A stretch of 56,440 bases of DNA from a virus (lineage: Duplodnaviria; Caudoviricetes), in the IMG/VR virus record IMGVR_UViG_3300036983_000059, positions 1 through 56,440 of that record; one strand, written 5' to 3'. The notes below the pieces were generated by a model. It saw only the letters and a program-made list of their open reading frames with translations. It did not search any database and was not told the origin of the DNA. The position numbers were made by a program, and so were the translations under genes. Position 1 is the first letter of the stretch; each line of letters starts with the position of its first letter. This document shows positions 48,094 through 56,440 of this stretch, one piece after another.

Positions 48094-49239
48094 ATGGATA
48101 TCAAAGAAATAAAACAAGAATTGGGTAATGTAGTAAGTCAATTTAGAGATATGGTAGATAAGCAAGAAGCAGAAATCAAGAAATATGGTGAGGCTTCTGG
48201 CGAAACAAAATCAGCAATTGACAAAATGAATGAAAGAATGAATCAACTTGAAACAAAATTGAATAGACCAGCCGTCAGTGCTGCAAGTGCGATTGATGCA
48301 GAGCAAGCTGAAAGAAAAGCAGCTTTCAATGCGTTTTTAAGAAAAGGGCTTGATAAAATGACACCTGAGCAAATAAAAACAATGACTGTATCAAATGATG
48401 CAACTGGTGGCTATTTAGCTCCAACAGAAATGCTTAACGAAATGCTTAAAAATATTGTTGAGTTTTCACCAATACGAAGCGTTGCTAGAATAAGAACAAC
48501 AAATTTAAGAGCTGTTAAAATTCCAAAGAAAACTGGGAATGTTTCGGCTGCATGGGTTACTGAAATTGGTGCAAGACCTGATTCACAAAGTGGCTTTGCT
48601 TTTGGGTTAGAAGAAGTTCCAGTTCACGAAATGTCAGGCTATGTTGATATTTCAAATCAAGATTTAGAAGACCCAACATACAATTTAGAGCAAGAGTTAA
48701 ATTTAGAGTTCTCAGAGCAATTTGGTAAAGCCGAAGGAACAGCATTCGTTGGAGGAAATTCAGTTGGAAAGCCTCAAGGTATTTTGTTTAATTCGTCTGT
48801 ATTATCGGTTAATAGTGGGGCTGTAGCAACAATAACAGCAGATGGTTTAATTGATCTATTGTTTGCTCCTAAAACTGCTTATGCTTCTAATGGAAAATTT
48901 TTGTTAAATAGACCAACCTTGAAAGAAGTAAGACAGTTAAAAGATGGAAATGGCCAATATTTATGGCAACCAGGCTTGCTAGTTGGTAAGCCAAACAGCA
49001 TATTAGATAAAGAGTATATTGAATGTATCGATATGCCAGATGAAGGTGTAAACACATATCCAATAGCTTTCGGGGATTTCAAAAAAGGTTACATGATAAT
49101 TGATAGATTGATGATGGAAATGATGAGGGATCCTTACACACAGGCAACAACTGGCACAACTAGATTTATTGCTAGAAAAAGAGTTGGTGGCCAAGTCATT
49201 CTTCCGGAAGCAATATATAAATTGAAATGCAGCGTATAA
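48094..49239 (+). CDS. Major capsid protein, HK97 fold with delta domain
   Basis: N-terminal coiled coil; DATGGYLAP; SPIRSVA; KPQGIL; LKDGNGQYLWQP; FGDF; RVGG. Confidence 0.95.
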   Translation: MDIKEIKQELGNVVSQFRDMVDKQEAEIKKYGEASGETKSAIDKMNERMNQLETKLNRPAVSAASAIDAEQAERKAAFNAFLRKGLDKMTPEQIKTMTVSNDATGGYLAPTEMLNEMLKNIVEFSPIRSVARIRTTNLRAVKIPKKTGNVSAAWVTEIGARPDSQSGFAFGLEEVPVHEMSGYVDISNQDLEDPTYNLEQELNLEFSEQFGKAEGTAFVGGNSVGKPQGILFNSSVLSVNSGAVATITADGLIDLLFAPKTAYASNGKFLLNRPTLKEVRQLKDGNGQYLWQPGLLVGKPNSILDKEYIECIDMPDEGVNTYPIAFGDFKKGYMIIDRLMMEMMRDPYTQATTGTTRFIARKRVGGQVILPEAIYKLKCSV

Positions 49240-49262
49240 TAAAGGAAGGGAGGGCAATATAA

Positions 49263-49793
49263 ATGTATAATGCTAAGAATTATGAGCAACAAGGTGGAGA
49301 AAGAACGGTTATAGGCGGAGAAATTGATATTATTTCTGGAGGAGTTTTAAAAATTGCTGGTGCACAAGTAACAGCATCAGCTGCAGAAATTAACAAAGCA
49401 ACTTTATTGGCTTCTACAGATAGAGTAACTAAAATAGTTAAAGTTGCCCTTGGAGCATTAGATGCTGGTGGTGGAGTTTTAGCTTGGGCAAATCCTGAGT
49501 CAACATCAATTATAGTTACAAGATTAGTTTTAGATATTACTACAAAAGCAACTGGAGCTTGTACATTAGATGCAGGTACAACTGCTTCTAGTGCAACAAC
49601 TGTGGTTGACACATTGATTGACGGAGTGGATGCAGGTACAGCAATTGGAACATTTGATAATATATCAGATGCAAGCACTAATGGTAAATCAAGACAAAAG
49701 CTAGCTACAGGAAAATGGGTAACAGTTTCAATGAAAACTGGGGCCGCTGCTGGGATAGTAGGATTTGCTTACATTCATTACAATACAATATAA
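49263..49793 (+). CDS. Head fibre/decoration-like protein
   Basis: Follows the MCP; YNAKNY..QGGERTVIGGE N-terminus; Ala/Thr/Gly-rich. Confidence 0.55.
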   Translation: MYNAKNYEQQGGERTVIGGEIDIISGGVLKIAGAQVTASAAEINKATLLASTDRVTKIVKVALGALDAGGGVLAWANPESTSIIVTRLVLDITTKATGACTLDAGTTASSATTVVDTLIDGVDAGTAIGTFDNISDASTNGKSRQKLATGKWVTVSMKTGAAAGIVGFAYIHYNTI

Positions 49794-49814
49794 TTAATTT
49801 TTAAGGGGGATATT

Positions 49815-50258
49815 ATGAAAGATTTAAAAAACAATTTAGGTTCGGTTTTGCTTCAAACTCCAGCAGATATTGGAGCTGTAGATGCTTATTCAAATTTATT
49901 AGATTTGCAAGGGTTTGAATCGGCGCAAATTACTGTTTTAGTGGGGCTAGTTACTGGTGGTGATGGCACAAACAAATTAGATTTTGTTATTCAAGAAAGT
50001 GATACTACAGCAACAGGAACATTCACTGCAGTAGCATCAACAGATTTGATGGGTTCATTTACTCAAAATGCAGGCACAGATAATTACAGAGAATCCGTTG
50101 GGTATGTTGGAGCAAAAAGATATATTAGGGTAAAATTTGATTTTACAACTCCTGGTGGTGGAGCAGCTATTTCGGCAGCAATTGTTGGAGTTCTTGGCCT
50201 TTTAGGAAATCCAAGAGTATATCCAGTTGTTTCACCTGCAGCAGTAGCAGCAACTTAA
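49815..50258 (+). CDS. Capsid decoration-like beta-sandwich protein
   Basis: DLQGFES...IQESD...GYVGAKRYIR pattern seen after HK97-type MCP genes. Confidence 0.6.
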   Translation: MKDLKNNLGSVLLQTPADIGAVDAYSNLLDLQGFESAQITVLVGLVTGGDGTNKLDFVIQESDTTATGTFTAVASTDLMGSFTQNAGTDNYRESVGYVGAKRYIRVKFDFTTPGGGAAISAAIVGVLGLLGNPRVYPVVSPAAVAAT

Positions 50259-50272
50259 GAAAGGAAGATTAG

Positions 50273-50566
50273 ATGAGCAACTTTAGAGTAAAAATATTAA
50301 AAACTACTAAAGGCTCACCTGATGGAATACAAGTAATTGAATACAAGGAAGGAGCAATATATGAATGCCCAAATCAAATTGCTCCTTCACTTGTAGAAAT
50401 ATTTGTTGAACATGGATGGGCTATTAAAGGGAAACAGCCAGTTAATCCAGTTGACTCAGAGCAAGATAAAAATGAAGTAATCAATAATAATATTGTTGGT
50501 GAAAATAAAATCAAAGAAGAGTCGCCTAGGGGTGTTAAGAAAGTTTTCAACAAAAATAGAAAGTAG
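50273..50566 (+). CDS. Small head-module protein
   Basis: Position in the head module; AAGGA RBS. Confidence 0.55.
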   Translation: MSNFRVKILKTTKGSPDGIQVIEYKEGAIYECPNQIAPSLVEIFVEHGWAIKGKQPVNPVDSEQDKNEVINNNIVGENKIKEESPRGVKKVFNKNRK

Positions 50567-50574
50567 GTGAATGA

Positions 50575-51489
50575 ATGTTCGCCAAAGTAATATTAGAGCC
50601 ATCAGCAGAGCCATTATCATTATCAGAAGTAAAATCTTTTTTAAGGTTAGATAGTAATAGTTTTGAAGATGACACAAGTTTAAACCAAAGTATACTAGTT
50701 GGTAATCACATAGTAGCGGCAAATTATACGCTGATAGGAAATTCAGTTGATATATTGGGGTGCATGGCACTCGTAACTTTAAACTCGGGAGCAAATGGAA
50801 CAAGTGGGACAGTAGACGTAAAAATTCAAGAATCAGATAATAATTCTACATGGACAGATTTTGCTGGAGGAAGTTTTACACAAATAACAACAGTTAATGA
50901 TAATGCTGTGTATGAAAAATTATATACTGGTGTAAAAAGATATATAAGGGCAGTTGCAACTGTAGCAATATCAGCTTCAGATTTTTCAGTTGATGTAATA
51001 AAAAATTTAGCCACCAACGTTGAAGATAATATTTTAACTAATATTATTGTTTCTGCAAGGCAAGCTGCGGAAAACTTCATTAGAAGGCCTTTGATGACGC
51101 AAACATGGAAATGCATATTTGATGAAACGCCAAGTAAAATTTTAGAGTTAGAAATGGCAGCACCATTGCAATCTGTTTCTTCGATAAGTTATTATAATTC
51201 AGATAACGTTGAAGTGGCTATTGCGACAACGAATTTTATTATTGATACAGTTTCAGAGCCTGGCAGAATATGCACTAAAAGTACATTTACTTGGCCTAGT
51301 GATCCTAGAGAATTAGCAGGCTACCAAATAACTTATGTTGTTGGATATGGTGACGCAGAAGATGTTCCTAGGAGAATAAAAGAAGCAATGTTGCAAATAA
51401 TTGGGCATATGTACGAAAATAGACAAAGTCAAGAAATGCCACAACAAGCTTTGCGAATGTTAGAAAACTATAAAGTTATTAGAATATAG
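50575..51489 (+). CDS. Head-tail adaptor (gp6/gp15-like) with an inserted decoration-like domain
   Basis: EPLSLSEVKSFLRLD...II.SARQAAE....R.LMTQTW; GYG...VP..IKEAML..IGHMYENR. Confidence 0.85.
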   Translation: MFAKVILEPSAEPLSLSEVKSFLRLDSNSFEDDTSLNQSILVGNHIVAANYTLIGNSVDILGCMALVTLNSGANGTSGTVDVKIQESDNNSTWTDFAGGSFTQITTVNDNAVYEKLYTGVKRYIRAVATVAISASDFSVDVIKNLATNVEDNILTNIIVSARQAAENFIRRPLMTQTWKCIFDETPSKILELEMAAPLQSVSSISYYNSDNVEVAIATTNFIIDTVSEPGRICTKSTFTWPSDPRELAGYQITYVVGYGDAEDVPRRIKEAMLQIIGHMYENRQSQEMPQQALRMLENYKVIRI

Positions 51490-51497
51490 GTGATGGC

Positions 51498-51824
51498 ATG
51501 AAGTTTGAAACTTTAAACGAAAGAATAACGCTTCAAAAAGAGATAAAAGTTTTGGATTCTTTAGGCGGGGCAGTTACTTCTTGGGTAGATATTGCAACGA
51601 TATGGGCAGGTATAATTGAAGAATTAAGCAACGATACAAGCAAAGAAAAAGATCAAGTTCAAAGCTTTATAAAAGCAAAAATAACAATAAGGTTTAGAAC
51701 TGGAATATCTACTTTGCAAAGGGTAAAATATGGCAATAGATATTTCTCTATTTTATCTGCAATAAATAAGGACGGAAAAAATGAACAATTAGTTTTAAAA
51801 TGTAAGGAGGCGCCATCATGCTAA
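51498..51824 (+). CDS. Head closure protein (SPP1 gp16-like)
   Basis: LNERITLQ...D..GG...W.D.ATIWA...ITIRFR...L.C.E. Confidence 0.85.
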   Translation: MKFETLNERITLQKEIKVLDSLGGAVTSWVDIATIWAGIIEELSNDTSKEKDQVQSFIKAKITIRFRTGISTLQRVKYGNRYFSILSAINKDGKNEQLVLKCKEAPSC

Positions 51825-52192
51825 TAAGGGTAGAATTGAATGGGGCTAATTATGCAAGAAGAACTTTATTTGGATTGAGTAGTAAAGTTAAACAAAAAAT
51901 TAACCAAGAGACTATGAAATCAGCAATAAATATACAAACGCAAGCTAAAAGGTTATGTGCTGTAGATACTGGTAGACTCAGATCAAGTATAATGGTGCAA
52001 CGCTTAGATAAAGGTTTAATTTCTATTGGAACTAATGTAACATATGCTCCTTATTTGGAGTATGGAACAAGAAGGCAAAGAGCGCAACCATTTTTAACGC
52101 CAGCATTCAATCAAGAAAAGCCAAGATATATTGAGGCTATTAAAGAATTAACAAAGTCCAATGCATTAGAAAGATTGCTTGGTATACGATAA
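51818..52192 (+). CDS. HK97 gp10-like tail completion protein
   Basis: VDTGRLRSSI, YAPYLEYGT, AQPFLTPA. Confidence 0.88.
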   Translation: MLIRVELNGANYARRTLFGLSSKVKQKINQETMKSAINIQTQAKRLCAVDTGRLRSSIMVQRLDKGLISIGTNVTYAPYLEYGTRRQRAQPFLTPAFNQEKPRYIEAIKELTKSNALERLLGIR

Positions 52193-52590
52193 TGAGCTCA
52201 ATATATGCAGTACAAGCTGCGATATATGCGACTCTTACAGTAGATTCTCAATTAATGGGCTTAGTAAAAGGTGTATTTGATGACGTTGAAAAAAACCAAC
52301 AATTGCCATACATTACTTTTGGTCAACATGCGGAATTTAGGTTAGATACGTTTGATAAAATAGGAAAAGAAGTTGAAACAGAGTTGCACATATGGAGCTC
52401 ATATAAAGGCTTTAAGGAGTCGCTTGATATAATCAATAGAATTAATTCTTTGCTTGATTATCAAGCTTTAAGCGTCTCTGGCAATACATTAGTGTATTGT
52501 AGACTTGACGAAGTAATAAACACGAGAGATCCCGATAAAATAACAAGACATTCAATAATTAAAGTAAAAACAGTTGTCCAAAAGACATGA
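52192..52590 (+). CDS. Tail terminator (DUF3168-like)
   Basis: VQAAIY..L, VFDDV, PYITFG, LHIWS...G.KE, RH.I. Confidence 0.82.
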   Translation: MSSIYAVQAAIYATLTVDSQLMGLVKGVFDDVEKNQQLPYITFGQHAEFRLDTFDKIGKEVETELHIWSSYKGFKESLDIINRINSLLDYQALSVSGNTLVYCRLDEVINTRDPDKITRHSIIKVKTVVQKT

Positions 52591-52598
52591 GGTGAAAA

Positions 52599-52793
52599 AT
52601 GAATCAATCAACTATAAAAATAGTAATAAACTTATTATTAGCAATTCAAAATTTATGTGCTGCAGCGATTGAAGCAATATCGCAAGAGCAAGAAATAAAA
52701 TGTGATCACAAGAACAAAATGAGCACGACAGTTATGGGTGGGCCCATTTCTTGGATGTGCTCAGATTGTGGAGAAAATTACACAGATAAATAA
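52599..52793 (+). CDS. Small hypothetical protein with CxH...CxxC
   Basis: GAGGTG RBS. Confidence 0.45.
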   Translation: MNQSTIKIVINLLLAIQNLCAAAIEAISQEQEIKCDHKNKMSTTVMGGPISWMCSDCGENYTDK

Positions 52794-52805
52794 GGAGGAA
52801 ATAAA

Positions 52806-53201
52806 ATGTATAAAGGTAAATCGTCTTTAGTTCAAGTAGGTACAGATAACACAACTTGGAATACTGTTGCAGAAATGAATGATTTTTCGCTGAGTTTTAA
52901 AGGTAATAATATAGATTCAACAGTTTTCGCAGATACTTATGTAGGCAGAGTTCAAGGTTTAAAAGACACATCATATAAGTTTTCGGGTTTTTGGAAATAT
53001 AACGATGCTACCGGGCAAGTAGTAATACAAAATGCTTTTTTAAACGATACTGCATTGTATGTAAAAATATTGCCTGATGGAACAAATGGATGGAAGCAAC
53101 AAGTTAGAGTTTCTAATTTTGAAATAAGTGCCGCAGTTGATGGTGGTGTTGAGGTGTCTTTTGACCTTGAAGGCACTGGTGCTGTTACAGCACAACCATA
53201 A
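52806..53201 (+). CDS. Major tail tube protein
   Basis: Follows the terminator gene; W.TVAE...FSL...IDST.F......GLK...SG...FEISAAVDG..E.SF.LEGTG. Confidence 0.82.
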   Translation: MYKGKSSLVQVGTDNTTWNTVAEMNDFSLSFKGNNIDSTVFADTYVGRVQGLKDTSYKFSGFWKYNDATGQVVIQNAFLNDTALYVKILPDGTNGWKQQVRVSNFEISAAVDGGVEVSFDLEGTGAVTAQP

Positions 53202-53215
53202 GGAGGTGATTTAAA

Positions 53216-54022
53216 TTGATAGCAGGACGAAAAGCGCAAGTTTATGTAAGCGGAGTTGCTACTGCTTTTGTAGGTGAAGCAACAACAAATGTTGCAGCTG
53301 ATAATAAAACTTATCAGGTAACAGATACGGTAAAACAAGTTTTTGATAGAAGTAACACAGTCAGAGTGCACGTGTTAGGAACAAATGGAACGGCTACTAC
53401 AGGAACAACAACTACAACTGTTAAATTAACAACTCATGGCTTAGTTAATGGCGATCTAATAGTAAATACAACAAGAGGCAATGCAGCAAGGATTATCACT
53501 TATGTGGATGTTGACACATTTACAGTAACAGCGATAACATCTCAAGCGTCAGGCGACACCTTACAAAGATGGCCTTCGGCTGCAACAACTCTATATGCCT
53601 TGAATAGGTTAAAAGGCCAAGTTGTTTTTGCTTCAGCAACTTCAAGAACTGTGAGAATTTCTGGAGATTATTTGCCAATGTCAGTCGCAGCTGAAGCTAA
53701 AGGATATTCATATTCATTAAAAGCGAATAATGCTGATAATACAGTTTTTGGTGCTGTTTGGGTATCTAGAGCACAAATATTAAAAGATATATCAGGAAAG
53801 TTAGAAGCGTTTTATTTAAATAGTTATTTTGTAGACGCTTTAGCAGCTGGGGTGCCAGTAGTTATTGAACTTTGGACAAACTCGGCTCTCTCATCTGATA
53901 TAAAAATTTGGGGACTTATAGCGTCAGAAGAAATAAGTGCGGCTGTAGATGGATTAGTAGAAGAAGGAGTCGATTTTGAAGGTGCTCCCGATATAGATGG
54001 CAGATCTGTTTCAATAGGTTAG
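53216..54022 (+). CDS. Second tail-tube paralog with a large internal insertion
   Basis: C-terminal half aligns with 52806 (NNADNTVF/NNIDSTVF; LKDIS/LKDTS; EISAAVDG identical). Confidence 0.75.
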   Translation: MIAGRKAQVYVSGVATAFVGEATTNVAADNKTYQVTDTVKQVFDRSNTVRVHVLGTNGTATTGTTTTTVKLTTHGLVNGDLIVNTTRGNAARIITYVDVDTFTVTAITSQASGDTLQRWPSAATTLYALNRLKGQVVFASATSRTVRISGDYLPMSVAAEAKGYSYSLKANNADNTVFGAVWVSRAQILKDISGKLEAFYLNSYFVDALAAGVPVVIELWTNSALSSDIKIWGLIASEEISAAVDGLVEEGVDFEGAPDIDGRSVSIG

Positions 54023-54027
54023 TATAA

Positions 54028-54063
54028 AATCCTGTGATATAAAAATTATCACAGGATTCTTTC
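54028..54063 (+). terminator. Hairpin/terminator after the tail-tube genes
   Basis: 12-bp stem AATCCTGTGATA/TATCACAGGATT followed by CTTT. Confidence 0.7.
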
Positions 54064-54096
54064 AATTAAATAAAAAATATTAAAGGAGAAAAAGTT

Positions 54097-54444
54097 ATGA
54101 ATTTAAGAGAAAAAATATTAAATATGAGTGATGTAAAAAAAGAATTAGTTGAAATTGAAGAATGGGAATGCAAAGTTGAAGTTAGAAGTTTATCAGGAAA
54201 AGAAAGAGCAAAAATATCAAGCAGTGCCGTAGATGGTAATGGAAAAGTAGATATGGAAAACATGTATCCAACAATCTTGATAGCGTCTTGCTTTGATCCT
54301 GAAACTGGTGAAAAGTTATTTACAGAAGGGGATAGAGATATTTTAAATACAAAAAATGCTTCAGCTCTAGAAAAGATTGCAGTAGTTGCAATGAGGCTTT
54401 CAGGGCTTAGCCAATCAGCAGAAAAACAAGCAATAAAAAACTAG
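54097..54444 (+). CDS. Tail assembly chaperone (gpG-like)
   Basis: VEIEEW...V.VR.LSG.ER, DPETGEKLF, LSGL; ends in the slippery A AAA AAC TAG. Confidence 0.88.
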   Translation: MNLREKILNMSDVKKELVEIEEWECKVEVRSLSGKERAKISSSAVDGNGKVDMENMYPTILIASCFDPETGEKLFTEGDRDILNTKNASALEKIAVVAMRLSGLSQSAEKQAIKN

Positions 54445-54611
54445 AAACGCACCCCGAATTAATGTTTTATTATGATTTAGCGGAGAAATTGGGGTGCACA
54501 GTAGATCAATTGCTTTCTAATATAACGTCAGAAGAAATAACATATTGGAAAGCTAGAAGAATAATAAAGAATGAAGAGCAACGAAAAGCAGAGAAAGCAG
54601 GAAGGAGGTAA
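54435..54611 (+). CDS. gpT-like extension reached by -1 programmed frameshift
   Basis: -1 frame reads KLETHPELMFYYDLAEKLGCTVDQLLSNITSEEITYWKA...RR*; 3' stem GCACCCC/GGGGTGC. Confidence 0.85.
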   Translation, partial: KKLETHPELMFYYDLAEKLGCTVDQLLSNITSEEITYWKARRIIKNEEQRKAEKAGRR

Positions 54612-54615
54612 ATGT

Positions 54616-56440
54616 ATGGGACTAGGGTTAGAACTAATCTTGGGGGTTGACATATCTGCCTTAAGCTCAGGTTTTTCTAGAGCAAGCGACCAATTGCAAG
54701 CTTTTTCAGATAGAATACAAGAAACATCAAGTAACTTTATGACAGTAGGAAAAGTCGCAACAGCTGCAGGCTTAGGCATAGCAACTGGTTTAGGAATTGC
54801 TGTAAAAAAAGCTGCGGATTTTGAAGAACAATTATCAAGTATAAAAGCTGTTACTGGCTCAACAGAAGCTCAAATGGAAAGCTATAAAAAAATAGCAATT
54901 CAAGCTGGGATAGATACTAAATATTCAGCTGTTGAGGCGGCAAAAGGGATTGAAGAACTTGCAAAAGCAGGCGTATCAACAAAAGACATTGTAGGTGGTG
55001 GGCTAACAGCGGCGTTAAATTTAGCAACAGCTGGAGATTTGGATTTAGCCAGTGCTGCAGAGATCGCGTCTACAGCACTTAATGCCTTTAGAGACGATAA
55101 CTTGTCAGTAGCAGATGCAGGAAACATACTTGCAGGAACAGCTAACGCATCTGCTACTTCTGTAATTGAATTAAAGTCTAGTTTATCTGCAGTAGCTTCA
55201 GTTGCATCGGGTATAGGAATGACTTTTAAAGATACTAATACGGCTTTAGGAGTTTTTGCAAATAACGGGTTAAAAGGTTCTGATGCAGGAACGTCTTTAA
55301 AAACAATGTTAATGAACCTACAGCCAAATACAGATAAAGCTGCTCAGCTATTTAAGAAGTTACACTTAACAACGGCTCAGGGAGGAAGTGCTTTCTTCGA
55401 CGCTAGTGGAAAACTAAAAAGTTTATCTGATATAGCTGGACTACTACAGAGTAGCATGTCTGGGTTGAATCAAGCTCAGAGAATGCAGGCAATGCAAACA
55501 ATGTTTGGGTCAGATGCAATTAGGGCATCTAACATTCTGTTCAAAGAGGGCGCAAAAGGTGTCGCCAAGATGCAAGCAGAATTATCTAAAGTAACTGCAG
55601 CACAAGTTGCAGCCGACAAAATGAAAAATTTAAATGGAGCAATGGAACAATTAAGTGGATCATTTGATACAGCACTTATAGCAATAGGAACAGCCTTTTT
55701 GCCAGTATTAACTCAGTTAACTGCTTTGATTCAAAAAGGTGTTGATATGTTCAATAAGTTATCACCATCAATGCAAACTAACATAGCGATAGCAGCTGCA
55801 ATTACTTCAGGAGTTTTATTGTTAGGTGGAGGATTGGCTCTTTTAATTGGATTCTTGCCGATGATAACGGCAGGTTTTGCTTCTTTAAGTGGCGTTATGG
55901 CTGTATTAACAGGGCCTGTTGGATTGACTATAGCCGCAGTTGTTGCCCTAGGTGCTGGACTTGTTTATCTGTGGAATACTAACAAACAATTCAAAGATGG
56001 TGTAATGAAACTTTGGAATGAAATAAGTTATGAATTGGGCAATTTATCTAAATGGTGGAATAGCGTATGGCCAGGAATCAGCAAAACAATAATGGATGTA
56101 TGGAACAAAATAGTTGGTTATGTTGGCCCAATAGTGAAACAAGTGTGGGCAATTATATCGTCTCAATTTACTCAATTGCACAGTTGGTGGTTGAAAATAT
56201 GGCCAGACGTAAAGTTAGCCTTTGAAAATGTCTGGAATGCGATAATGGCTTTTGTAAAACCGCTTTTGGCAGGATTAAAGACTATTTTCGATGCTTGTTG
56301 GAATAATATTGACAACATAATAAAAACAGCAATGCGAACAATAACAACAGTAATTATTGCTGGGTTTGATATCGTAAAAGGTGCTGTAGAATTAGTTGTT
56401 AATGTTTTAACTGGTAAATGGAGTAAGGCGGGCGAAAGTT
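54616..56440 (+). CDS. Tape measure protein, N-terminal part (TP901 family; absent from the ORF track because it runs off the end)
   Basis: AAGGAGG RBS; AADFEEQLS.IKAVTG, TKYSA.EAA.GIEELAKAG, NGLKGSDAGTSLKTML, FGSDAIR, then Trp-periodic repeats. Confidence 0.95.
   Translation, partial: MGLGLELILGVDISALSSGFSRASDQLQAFSDRIQETSSNFMTVGKVATAAGLGIATGLGIAVKKAADFEEQLSSIKAVTGSTEAQMESYKKIAIQAGIDTKYSAVEAAKGIEELAKAGVSTKDIVGGGLTAALNLATAGDLDLASAAEIASTALNAFRDDNLSVADAGNILAGTANASATSVIELKSSLSAVASVASGIGMTFKDTNTALGVFANNGLKGSDAGTSLKTMLMNLQPNTDKAAQLFKKLHLTTAQGGSAFFDASGKLKSLSDIAGLLQSSMSGLNQAQRMQAMQTMFGSDAIRASNILFKEGAKGVAKMQAELSKVTAAQVAADKMKNLNGAMEQLSGSFDTALIAIGTAFLPVLTQLTALIQKGVDMFNKLSPSMQTNIAIAAAITSGVLLLGGGLALLIGFLPMITAGFASLSGVMAVLTGPVGLTIAAVVALGAGLVYLWNTNKQFKDGVMKLWNEISYELGNLSKWWNSVWPGISKTIMDVWNKIVGYVGPIVKQVWAIISSQFTQLHSWWLKIWPDVKLAFENVWNAIMAFVKPLLAGLKTIFDACWNNIDNIIKTAMRTITTVIIAGFDIVKGAVELVVNVLTGKWSKAGES

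Overview
A near-complete or complete genome of an AT-rich tailed phage (siphovirus-like, HK97-type head), opened inside its tape-measure gene. Every credible gene lies on the + strand. Shine-Dalgarno sites, sigmaA-type promoters and an SLH-domain endolysin point to a Bacillota host, probably Clostridia with an S-layer. I recognise no integrase, repressor, sigma factor, DnaB helicase, reverse transcriptase or CRISPR array, so it looks lytic. Gene order: tail and lysis (1-6.5 kb); replication, DNA modification and recombination (6.6-20 kb); accessory genes including MoxR/vWA, amidoligase/GGCT and SNF2 (20-34 kb); packaging, head and tail (34.5-56.4 kb). Highlights: (1) a T4-like glucosyl-hydroxymethylcytosine pathway (dCTPase-like pyrophosphatase, dNMP kinase, beta-glucosyltransferase homolog, Asp-type dCMP hydroxymethylase) next to DnaE. 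(2) An insert between terminase and portal carrying a tRNA-like RNA, a Cys-rich peptide, a radical SAM/SPASM enzyme, an ADP-ribosyltransferase and a collapsed second ART. The two ARTs share a leader resembling the C-terminal tail of the prohead protease, a candidate capsid-loading tag. (3) Two tRNA-like RNAs whose anticodon arm is replaced by a long hairpin. (4) A 1642-aa adhesin with nested domain insertions. (5) Frameshift-linked portal/MuF and tail-chaperone genes. (6) Repeated terminator-promoter cassettes and an 82-bp intragenic inversion. All family assignments come from motif recognition by eye, not database searches.
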